From assembly GCA_016926405.1 (NCBI GenBank), contig JAFGOQ010000225.1, positions 1 to 44,550 of the forward strand: 44,550 nt of DNA, in the 5' to 3' direction. The notes under the pieces were generated by a model. That model was not told the origin of the DNA. It saw only the letters and a program-made list of their open reading frames with translations, and made no database searches. The stretch comes from Bacteroidales bacterium. GTDB lineage: Bacteria > Bacteroidota > Bacteroidia > Bacteroidales > UBA6680. This document shows positions 16,396 through 24,026 of the stretch, in pieces (positions within the stretch are counted from its first letter, which is position 1; each line of letters begins with the position of its first letter). Both the position numbers and the translations under genes were made by a program.

Positions 16396-16406
16396 AAATA
16401 ATGGGC

Positions 16407-16451
16407 AAAAAAAAGCAGACTCACACTCTTTTAAAAGAAGTGCAAGTCTGC
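16407..16451 (-). terminator. Intrinsic terminator of the hydrogenase-like operon
   Basis: On the minus strand: gcagacttgcacttctt-ttaa-aagagtgtgagtctgc followed by T8. Confidence 0.85.
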
Positions 16452-16476
16452 GTGTCAAAAAAAAAACTATAATATT

Positions 16477-17901
16477 TTAATTCCTATTCAGGTATTTTGC
16501 TAATTGACGCTTTGCTACTCTTATATCGGCAATACACGAAGGACCAGCTACGCAGCCATCGGTACAAACCATAACCTCAACAAAATTACCATCGCATTTT
16601 CCTTTACCCATCGATTTAAGGGCGCGCATATTTGGCTTGTCAAGTCCGTTAATAATAATTTCGTTAACACCTTCTGGAATAGCTGTTTTAATAGCAGCGG
16701 CAACACCTCCACTTTGTGCAAAACCACGTCCAACGGGTCCAGCTCCTGCAATATCAACCTCGGTTGATTGTTCAGATAGCTCTATACCTTTCGAAATAAG
16801 CATAGCACCAAGTTCTTCGAAGTTAAGAACATACTTAACATCCGACTTGTTAATTGCTTCGCTACGTTTAGCAACACAAGGACCAACAAAAACGGTAATA
16901 GCATCGGGATGTGTTGTTTTAACCCAACGATCGGTTAAAACCATTGGACTAGGTGTTGTAGAAACAAAAGGCTTAAGATCGGTAATATGCTTTTCGGCAA
17001 GCTCAACATAAGCCGGGCAGCACGATGTTGTCATAAACTTAGCTCCTTCTTCCATTCGCTCTTTCCACTCGTGAGCCTCTTCGGCAGCAGTCATCTCGGC
17101 ACCTACAGCAACCTCAACAACATCAAAAAAGCCAAGCTCTTTTACTCCCGAAATTATTTTTTCTAAATCAACATTATACTGACCAATAACAGCAGGGGCA
17201 AGCATTGCAATAACCTTTTTGCCATTGTCTATTGATTTCATTACATCGTACAAATGCGATTTTTGTGTAACAGCACCATAAGGACAAGCAGTAATACATT
17301 TTCCGCAATGAATACACTTATCTTCGTCTAGGCGGGCAATACCATATTTATCTTTAGAGATAGCATCAACAGGGCAAGCTTGCTCGCAAGGAACAGGCGT
17401 GTTAATAATTGCATGAAAAGGGCAAACATTACGGCAAATACCACAGTTTACGCATGTATCGGCATTAATTTCGGCTTTACCGTCGATAAATGAGATTGCA
17501 TTTTTTGGACAGTTAAGCATACAAGGTTGTGCCACACAACCACGACAGTGATTGGTAACCACATGCTGCTCTTTTGAGCACGAACTACAAGCAGCATCAA
17601 TAATATTTAGTCGACAAGTTGGGGTCTCCTCGCGCTGTTTTGCTATTTCAATGTAATCGCTAGGACGCATAAGCTCGTCCATGGTAGGAGTAATAGGAAT
17701 TCCCAACAAACTAATTAGTCTGTTATTAACAACTTCGCGTTCTTTGTAAATACAACAACGAACAGGCTTCTTTGCCATCTTAGGCGAAATTATTAGAGGA
17801 ATTTTATCAATCTCTGTTTCAAGCTTTCCTTCGTAATATAATTTTGTAAAGCGGTTGGTTATTTCACGCTTAATAAGCATTGCACCATTAGTGTAACCCA
17901 T
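16477..17901 (-). CDS. [FeFe]-hydrogenase-family H-domain protein with non-canonical active-site motifs and three 4Fe-4S motifs
   Basis: 474 aa with CRGCVAQPCMLNCP, CVNCGICRNVCP and CIHCGKCITACP. H-cluster motifs read TTSCCPAYV, VGPCVAKRSE and VMVCTDGCVAGP (canonical forms are TSCCP, MPCxxK and CxxGCxxGGGQP). Confidence 0.8.
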   Translation of the reverse strand: MGYTNGAMLIKREITNRFTKLYYEGKLETEIDKIPLIISPKMAKKPVRCCIYKEREVVNNRLISLLGIPITPTMDELMRPSDYIEIAKQREETPTCRLNIIDAACSSCSKEQHVVTNHCRGCVAQPCMLNCPKNAISFIDGKAEINADTCVNCGICRNVCPFHAIINTPVPCEQACPVDAISKDKYGIARLDEDKCIHCGKCITACPYGAVTQKSHLYDVMKSIDNGKKVIAMLAPAVIGQYNVDLEKIISGVKELGFFDVVEVAVGAEMTAAEEAHEWKERMEEGAKFMTTSCCPAYVELAEKHITDLKPFVSTTPSPMVLTDRWVKTTHPDAITVFVGPCVAKRSEAINKSDVKYVLNFEELGAMLISKGIELSEQSTEVDIAGAGPVGRGFAQSGGVAAAIKTAIPEGVNEIIINGLDKPNMRALKSMGKGKCDGNFVEVMVCTDGCVAGPSCIADIRVAKRQLAKYLNRN

Positions 17902-18154
17902 CTTCTAATTCCTTTTTAATCTGATTTATTAATTTTGTTATGCTCGCTCGTGATACACATTTGCCATTAACCGAGGCAAACGGTGGCTTTTCGTCTTCAT
18001 TACTATTACAAAAACCTAAACATATGGAACCTTCAATATCCACACGCTTTTTTAACTCTTCTGGAAGATGCTCTTCTAGAAGTTGAAGTTCAGAACCGCC
18101 CATAACGTAGCAGAGAGTCCCGATGCAGATTTTAACTTTTATTTTCTTTTCCAT
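17888..18154 (-). CDS. Thioredoxin-like [2Fe-2S] ferredoxin (NuoE/HydC-like small protein)
   Basis: 88 aa with ICIGTLCYVMG ... CLGFCNS. It overlaps the downstream hydrogenase-like gene by 14 nt. Confidence 0.7.
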   Translation of the reverse strand: MEKKIKVKICIGTLCYVMGGSELQLLEEHLPEELKKRVDIEGSICLGFCNSNEDEKPPFASVNGKCVSRASITKLINQIKKELEDGLH

Positions 18155-18189
18155 ATGTTTGATTTTAACAATGACATTGTCATTGAGAG

Positions 18190-19374
18190 TTAAATAAATT
18201 CAAGATTTATTTTTTTTAAAAATTTATCTTCAAGCAGCTTTATTATCTTTTTTACAACACTACGTCTAATCTCTAATTCAACAGGTAAACTAGGATCTTG
18301 GTGAGCATTATTTATTCTTGTTCCTATTAAAAAATCAATCTCGTCGCTCTCAAAAAACATTTTAACAATTTTATGAGCAGGACTATCCTGATTAATATCT
18401 TCGCCATTGTAATTTTCTAGTATTTCGCTCACTTTTCCAATGGTTAAAATACCTTCTGTTAACAAATCAACACCTTCCATTTTCGATTCTGGCGGTAGTC
18501 CCAAAATGTTTGGCGACAACCCCACCTGAATATCTTTATTTAGCTCGCGCGAAATAATTTGCGATGTTGTACCACCACAAACAACCTTATAGCCTGGAAA
18601 AGATTCAATTATACTTGCCAGCTTTTTGTCGTTTTCGCTATTATATGGCGGACCCGAAAGTAGTAACATTCTTCGAGGATTCCGAAAATAAATCACTCCA
18701 CATGAGGTGTCATCTTTAGGTTTCATCAAATCGTTCTTCCAAGCCTGCATAACCATATTCTTAGCTAAGGCACTAGCCGAAATATTCTCGTTACGTTGAA
18801 TCTGATTTTTGGCAAATTTGTTTATATCGTTAATACCCCATCCAAAGGGCATATTTTTGGTTCCCATTCCCGATTGGCTTATACCATCGGAAAAAGTAAT
18901 TATTCTATCTTCCTTTTCGCTAATAAACGAAGTTATAAACATCGATTTATCGCGAGTATCTTTTCGGTTTATAGCAATCTGTTTCCATTCGGGATGAAAA
19001 AGCTCGCCCCGTCTGAAAATCATACACGATGGATTTCCGTACTCAACAATACGAGTTTCGCCATCGCAGTCTATATCTATAATTGTGAATGTAGCGTATG
19101 CAATTTTTCGGGTTCCACAAACAGGAAGAGTATTAAAAATTGTTTCGGCAGTTCGTTGTATTGGTTGATTTTCGATGGTGAAGTTAAGAGCCATGCTGGC
19201 GGTCATTGTAGCAAGCACATTTGCCTTAATACCGCTTCCTAAGCCATCGGAAAGAATAGCAATAACCCTATTTTCGTCCTTAACTTTTCGAGAAAGGAAC
19301 ACGTCGCCACAAACGTGCGTACCGTTTTTGGAAAACTGGTAACTGTCAACCTCTATAAATGTGTTAGACCCCAT
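18190..19374 (-). CDS. SpoIIE/PP2C-family serine phosphatase with an uncharacterised C-terminal domain
   Basis: 394 aa with VCGDVFLS...VIAILSDGLGSGIKANVLATMTASMAL and FSDGISQSG, which are PP2C metal-binding blocks. The C-terminal ~165 aa (VVCGGTTSQI...VDLLTEGILTIGKV) are unassigned. Confidence 0.8.
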   Translation of the reverse strand: MGSNTFIEVDSYQFSKNGTHVCGDVFLSRKVKDENRVIAILSDGLGSGIKANVLATMTASMALNFTIENQPIQRTAETIFNTLPVCGTRKIAYATFTIIDIDCDGETRIVEYGNPSCMIFRRGELFHPEWKQIAINRKDTRDKSMFITSFISEKEDRIITFSDGISQSGMGTKNMPFGWGINDINKFAKNQIQRNENISASALAKNMVMQAWKNDLMKPKDDTSCGVIYFRNPRRMLLLSGPPYNSENDKKLASIIESFPGYKVVCGGTTSQIISRELNKDIQVGLSPNILGLPPESKMEGVDLLTEGILTIGKVSEILENYNGEDINQDSPAHKIVKMFFESDEIDFLIGTRINNAHQDPSLPVELEIRRSVVKKIIKLLEDKFLKKINLEFI

Positions 19375-19410
19375 GTTCTTCTCTATATTAATTAATTACA
19401 ATAAAGTTTT

Positions 19411-21141
19411 TTAATTACTATTATGTTCGTCGATACTGTGCGACTCAACAATAGAGTTAAGAATAGCCTCCGTACGCGAAGCATTCTCGCCAAGTAAATA
19501 AGCAATTCGTTGAACAGTGTTTAAGTTTTCGGTAATAACCTTCTTCGATCGTTTAATAACCTCTTCGCGTCGCATTTCGGGCATAGTAAGGTCGCGAATA
19601 ATTCCACCAACAATTTTGTGTGGTTGAATTGAGAAAAGAGACATGTGCAGAAGCTTTCCGTTGTGCTTAACGTCGCACTCAATATTCTCCGATCCCGACG
19701 AAAGTAACGAAGCAAAGAATTTATGAAAAGAGACAAGCTTAGTTAAATTAGCCCCTCCAAGACCTGGGTTAACATCCCAAATCATAAGAGTCTCTTCGCC
19801 TAAAATTTTAGCAAAACTTTTATTCGACTCAATAATTTTTAAGTTATCGTCGATAATAACAACCCCAGAAGGAATTTTCTGAAGCAAAACAGTTGCTTTA
19901 TCGTGGGCTACTTTTCGCATATACGAGGCGCACATACTACGTTCGGCACGATCTTCGAGAATTGCATGAGCAAACTCACGGCACGAGTCGTAGCCACAAC
20001 CACCACAGTTTAGCTCGTCTTTTTCCGACAGTTTACCAACTATCTGAAGAGCCTCTTTATACTGCTTTTCGGTATACTTTTGCTCATTAACATCTTGTGG
20101 TAAGTACTGACATTTAATTGCGCTATACTCTATATGTAATTTTTTATCGTTCTGTTTTTGGCGACCGCGAGTTTCGTCAATTATTTTAAGATTCTTAACC
20201 GCCGACGAATATTTACTGTCGCTTCCAGGACCATTTATACAGCCCCCAGGACAAGCTAACAACTCAAGAAAAAGCTTGTTAGTAATATTTTGTTTGTTAA
20301 TATCTTTTAAAACTTCCTTCACATTCTGCATCCCCGAGAAGTTCATAAGAGTAGTATCGTCAATACTACCACATTTCTTTATTCCCTTGGCCATTCCACC
20401 ATCAAGAGGGTAAAGAGCAGCAATACCTGCTTCGTGAGGAAACAACGATATGTTTTGCTCTGCATCAACTTCATCTAAAATAATTTGCTCTTGTTCGAAC
20501 CAATTATTCAGATCGGAAAATGTAATAGCAACATCAACATCGTGAGGATATTTGTCCGACTCGCGCTTTTTAGCAATGCAAGGACCAATAAAAACAACAG
20601 GAGTCTCTTTGCCAAGCTCTGCTTTTAACATCTTAGCATGAGCCATTAATGGCGAAAAAATGGGAATTATATTTTCTATTAACTCGGGGTGGAATTTCTC
20701 AACAAACTCAACAACGGCAGGGCATGCCGACGATAAAAAAAGATGTTTGTTAGATTCCTGAATATATTTAGCCGAGAACTCAGATACTTTTTCGGCACCA
20801 ATAGCAGTTTCGGAAATGTGAGTAAAACCTAACATTTTAATTGCTGTAAACAATTTCTCTTTCGAAATATTACTCCACTCCGAGATATACGACGGAGCAA
20901 TAGATACAGCCACTTGACTATTTACAGCAACAAGTTTTTGTGCTTTCCATAAATCGTTACGCACTTTTTTAGCTCCCGCTGGACAAACTTCGGTGCAGCG
21001 ACCACAAAAAATACATAACTCGGAAATCACCGAAGCTCTTCCTTTTTCAACTTTAATTGCCTTTACAGAACATTCTCTAATGCACTTATAGCAATCCTGA
21101 CAGTTGTTTTTTTCTGTAAAAACAGGCAAAAATGGTGTCAT
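19411..21141 (-). CDS. hydS: Putative sensory [FeFe]-hydrogenase (HydS / group C type) with a C-terminal PAS domain
   Basis: 576 aa with two CxxCxxCxxxC motifs and an H-domain reading LSSACPAVV, IGPCIAKKRE and LLACPGGCINGPG. It also has an extra CGGCGYDSC...C motif, followed by a PAS-like region (LLQKIPSGVVIIDDNLKIIESNKSFAKILG). Confidence 0.8.
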   Translation of the reverse strand: MTPFLPVFTEKNNCQDCYKCIRECSVKAIKVEKGRASVISELCIFCGRCTEVCPAGAKKVRNDLWKAQKLVAVNSQVAVSIAPSYISEWSNISKEKLFTAIKMLGFTHISETAIGAEKVSEFSAKYIQESNKHLFLSSACPAVVEFVEKFHPELIENIIPIFSPLMAHAKMLKAELGKETPVVFIGPCIAKKRESDKYPHDVDVAITFSDLNNWFEQEQIILDEVDAEQNISLFPHEAGIAALYPLDGGMAKGIKKCGSIDDTTLMNFSGMQNVKEVLKDINKQNITNKLFLELLACPGGCINGPGSDSKYSSAVKNLKIIDETRGRQKQNDKKLHIEYSAIKCQYLPQDVNEQKYTEKQYKEALQIVGKLSEKDELNCGGCGYDSCREFAHAILEDRAERSMCASYMRKVAHDKATVLLQKIPSGVVIIDDNLKIIESNKSFAKILGEETLMIWDVNPGLGGANLTKLVSFHKFFASLLSSGSENIECDVKHNGKLLHMSLFSIQPHKIVGGIIRDLTMPEMRREEVIKRSKKVITENLNTVQRIAYLLGENASRTEAILNSIVESHSIDEHNSN

Positions 21142-21166
21142 GGATGTAATTTTTTAGTGTTAATAA

Positions 21167-21418
21167 TTACCCTTTAACAAACACCGAGTCGAGTATATCG
21201 GTAACCGAATCGGGATCAACACTCTCGAAACAAGTGTCGTTAATATATATTACAGGCCCCTTATTACACATATTAGAACAAAGCTTACCCCTAAAATCGA
21301 TCTGGGCATTAAGACCATTCCTTTGTATATAGGTTTTAATAATACCCAACGTTTTTTCGTTTCCTCGTGCAAAACAAGAAGATCCCATACAAATAGTAAT
21401 TTTGTGTTGAGTGTCCAT
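21167..21418 (-). CDS. Thioredoxin-like [2Fe-2S] ferredoxin
   Basis: 83 aa with ICMGSSCFARG ... CSNMCNKGP. Confidence 0.7.
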   Translation of the reverse strand: MDTQHKITICMGSSCFARGNEKTLGIIKTYIQRNGLNAQIDFRGKLCSNMCNKGPVIYINDTCFESVDPDSVTDILDSVFVKG

Positions 21419-21463
21419 AATATGCTTTATTAAAATGAAAAAGAAACTTTATTATTTAATAAA

Positions 21464-21582
21464 AAGGAGTCCAAAAACAGATTATTTAAAAGTCATGTTA
21501 ACCCTAGTTAAAGGTTATTATTCTAATTATAATCCTTTGTCTTTACTCAGAATGACTTTAATTAATAGTTTTTGGACTCCTT
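21464..21582 (-). other. 119-nt extended hairpin with perfect 15-bp terminal arms (terminator, 5'-UTR structure or MITE-like element)
   Basis: aaggagtccaaaaac (21464-21478) pairs with gtttttggactcctt (21568-21582). An inner imperfect pairing aaagtcat / atgacttt extends it, and tttatt follows on the minus strand. Confidence 0.6.
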
Positions 21583-21590
21583 GAAATATA

Positions 21591-22991
21591 CTAGTTATAC
21601 TTTTCTGAAATATATTTGTCAATAGCTACAGCCGATTTTTTACCAGCACCCATAGCTAAAATAACAGTAGCAGCACCAGTTACAGCATCGCCACCAGCAA
21701 AAACACCATCAAGCGATGTTTTTCCAGTCTCTTCGCAAGCATCAATACATTCCCACTTATTAAGCTTCAAACCTTCGGTAGATTTGTTAATAATAGGGTT
21801 TGGATTTGTACCCAACGACATAATAACAGAATCGGCCTCAATAATAAATTCCGATCCAGGAACAGGAATTGGACTTCTACGACCCGAAGCATCAGGCTCG
21901 CCAAGTTCCATTCTTAAACATTTAACTCCTTTAACCCATCCGCTAACTGTACCAACAATTTCGGTTGGATTACAAAGAACGTCGAAAATAATTCCCTCTT
22001 CTTGTGCGTGATGAACCTCTTCAACACGAGCAGGTAACTCTTCAATTGAACGACGATAAACGATATGTACCTCGGCACCAAAACGAAGAGCAGTACGAGC
22101 TGCATCCATAGCAACGTTACCGCCACCAACAACAACAACTTTTTTACCAACAAAAACAGGAGTATCGTACTCGTCGCGGAAAGCTTTCATAAGGTTACTA
22201 CGAGTAAGAACCTCGTTAGCACTGAAAACACCGTTATAGTTCTCGCCAGGAATACCCATAAACTTAGGCAAACCAGCACCAGAAGCAAGATAAACAGCTT
22301 TGAAACCTTCTTCGGTAAGAAGTTTTGCAACAGTTACCGTACGACCAATAATAACGTCAGTCTCAATCTTAACACCTAAATTGCGAATGTTATCAATCTC
22401 TTTTTTAACAACTCTCTCTTTAGGAAGACGGAATTCTGGAATACCATATTCAAGAACACCACCAGCTTTATGTAAAGCCTCGAAAATAGTAACATCGTAA
22501 CCAGCTTTAGCAAGCTCGCCAGCACACGAAAGACCAGCAGGACCACTACCAACAATAGCTACTTTGTGACCATTAGCAGGTTTCTTAACAACTTTTAATG
22601 TTTTGTTTTCGTTAACATAGTCGGCCACAAAACGCTCTAATTTACCAATGCTAACCGAGTCGCCTTTTTTATTAAGCACACAAACACCTTCGCACTGACT
22701 CTCTTGAGGACAAACACGTCCGCAAATTGCAGGAAGAGTAGAACCGTCGAAAAGAATCTCGCCAGCTTTCTCTAAATTACCTTGCTTTATCTGACCGATA
22801 AAACCAGGAATGTTAATAGAAACAGGACATCCAGCAACACACGATGGTTTTTTACATTCCAAACATCTGCTAGCTTCAGCCGTTGCTTCTTCAATATTAT
22901 ATCCTAAACAAACCTCTTCGAAATTTTTGTTACGCACATCGGCATCTTGGTTTCTTACAGGTATTGCAGTGAATCTATCTATCTTACTCAT
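21591..22991 (-). CDS. nfnB: NfnB / GltD-family NADPH-dependent oxidoreductase (large subunit of NADH-dependent ferredoxin:NADP+ oxidoreductase; SudA-like)
   Basis: 466 aa with RCLECKKPSCVAGCPVSINIP, CGRVCPQESQCEGVC, VAIVGSGPAGLSCA and VFAGGDAVTGAATVILAMGAGK. Confidence 0.8.
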   Translation of the reverse strand: MSKIDRFTAIPVRNQDADVRNKNFEEVCLGYNIEEATAEASRCLECKKPSCVAGCPVSINIPGFIGQIKQGNLEKAGEILFDGSTLPAICGRVCPQESQCEGVCVLNKKGDSVSIGKLERFVADYVNENKTLKVVKKPANGHKVAIVGSGPAGLSCAGELAKAGYDVTIFEALHKAGGVLEYGIPEFRLPKERVVKKEIDNIRNLGVKIETDVIIGRTVTVAKLLTEEGFKAVYLASGAGLPKFMGIPGENYNGVFSANEVLTRSNLMKAFRDEYDTPVFVGKKVVVVGGGNVAMDAARTALRFGAEVHIVYRRSIEELPARVEEVHHAQEEGIIFDVLCNPTEIVGTVSGWVKGVKCLRMELGEPDASGRRSPIPVPGSEFIIEADSVIMSLGTNPNPIINKSTEGLKLNKWECIDACEETGKTSLDGVFAGGDAVTGAATVILAMGAGKKSAVAIDKYISEKYN

Positions 22992-22997
22992 CTTTGC

Positions 22998-23876
22998 TTA
23001 TCCTTTACAAGAACATTTATGTCCTTCTTTCTCTTTTTGTAACTTAATTAACGCCTGTCCCTCTTCCGATTTAAACATTAATTGGCGACGCATAGCCTCG
23101 TCGAAATTAACCTCGTGAGCGTTAAACTCAGGGCCATCAACACAAGCAAATTTAGTTTTACCACCAATACTTACTCTACAAGCACCACACATTCCTGTTC
23201 CGTCAACCATTAAGGTATTTAACGAAGCAATAGTTTTAATGCCATATTCTGCAGTAAGTTCAGAAACAGATTTCATCATTATCATTGGTCCAATAACAAT
23301 AATTAGATCGTAATTAAACTCGTTCTTCTCGCGAAGATCTTTCATCACGTCTGTAACAAATCCCTGACGACCAACCGATCCGTCGTTTGTACATAAGTGA
23401 AGATTGTTTGTTACCTCTTTAAGTTCGTCAACAATAATAAGTTGCTCTTCAGAACGTGCTCCAAGAATCATGTCCGCTTTAATGCCTTTATCGGCTAACC
23501 ATTTTACCTGAGGGTAAATAGGCGCAGCACCAACACCACCACCAACAAAAAGAATTTTCAGATCTTTAAGATCCTCAATTTTCTCGTCAATAAGTTCTGT
23601 TGGATGCCCTAAAGGACCAGCAAAATCAAGGAAACTATCACCTTCTTTTAAATCAACAATACGGTGTGTAGCTTTACCTACTGCCTGAATTACAATTGTT
23701 ACCGTACCTTTTTCGGCATTGTAATCGGCTACAGTTAAAGGAATTCTCTCTCCCTCTTCGTGTGTTCTAACAATAACAAATTGCCCTGGCAAAGCCGACT
23801 TAGCAACTCTAGGAGCGTAAACCTGATATAATGAAATACCAGATGCAAGAACTCTGTGTTTTTTAATTTCGAACAT
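22998..23876 (-). CDS. nfnA: NfnA / sulfide-dihydroorotate dehydrogenase-like FAD/NAD-binding subunit (SudB-like)
   Basis: 292 aa with PGQFVIVRTHEEGERIPLTVADY, FVGGGVGAAPIYP and the 2Fe-2S motif GTGMCGACRV...FACVDGPEF. Its stop lies 6 nt upstream of nfnB. Confidence 0.8.
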   Translation of the reverse strand: MFEIKKHRVLASGISLYQVYAPRVAKSALPGQFVIVRTHEEGERIPLTVADYNAEKGTVTIVIQAVGKATHRIVDLKEGDSFLDFAGPLGHPTELIDEKIEDLKDLKILFVGGGVGAAPIYPQVKWLADKGIKADMILGARSEEQLIIVDELKEVTNNLHLCTNDGSVGRQGFVTDVMKDLREKNEFNYDLIIVIGPMIMMKSVSELTAEYGIKTIASLNTLMVDGTGMCGACRVSIGGKTKFACVDGPEFNAHEVNFDEAMRRQLMFKSEEGQALIKLQKEKEGHKCSCKG

Positions 23877-23944
23877 TTTCTCTCTTTTTTTGTCCTTTAT
23901 TTCTTTTACCTTTGTAACGTTGTTTCATTTACAATGAAATGGTT

Positions 23945-23997
23945 AAGAAGGGAAGCGTAACTAGTTTGCAATAAGAGATAGCTTCCCTTCTTTTTTT
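23945..23997 (+). terminator. Plus-strand-oriented terminator-like hairpin inside a minus-strand gene block
   Basis: 12-bp stem aagaagggaagc / gcttcccttctt followed by a T-run on the plus strand only. Confidence 0.4.
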
Positions 23998-24026
23998 GTA
24001 CTATTTATGTCAAAATTTTACAATCA

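Noticed and set aside
16222-16458. Track ORFs 16222..16458 and 16242..16424 (-), with heptad repeats RSVEVAW / RLKLLGA
   Set aside because: They are translations of the 21-nt tandem array in two frames. The longer one starts inside the operon terminator hairpin, and four of six frames are open simply because the unit lacks stop triplets.
16504-23118. Antisense or alternative-frame track ORFs inside the hydrogenase/Nfn genes (16504..16767, 16548..16757, 16637..17011, 18796..19242, 18809..18997, 19521..19736, 19893..20090, 21616..22011, 21914..22153, 22065..22379, 22300..22500, 22810..23118)
   Set aside because: Each overlaps a CDS with unambiguous cofactor motifs, and none has motifs or sensible starts.
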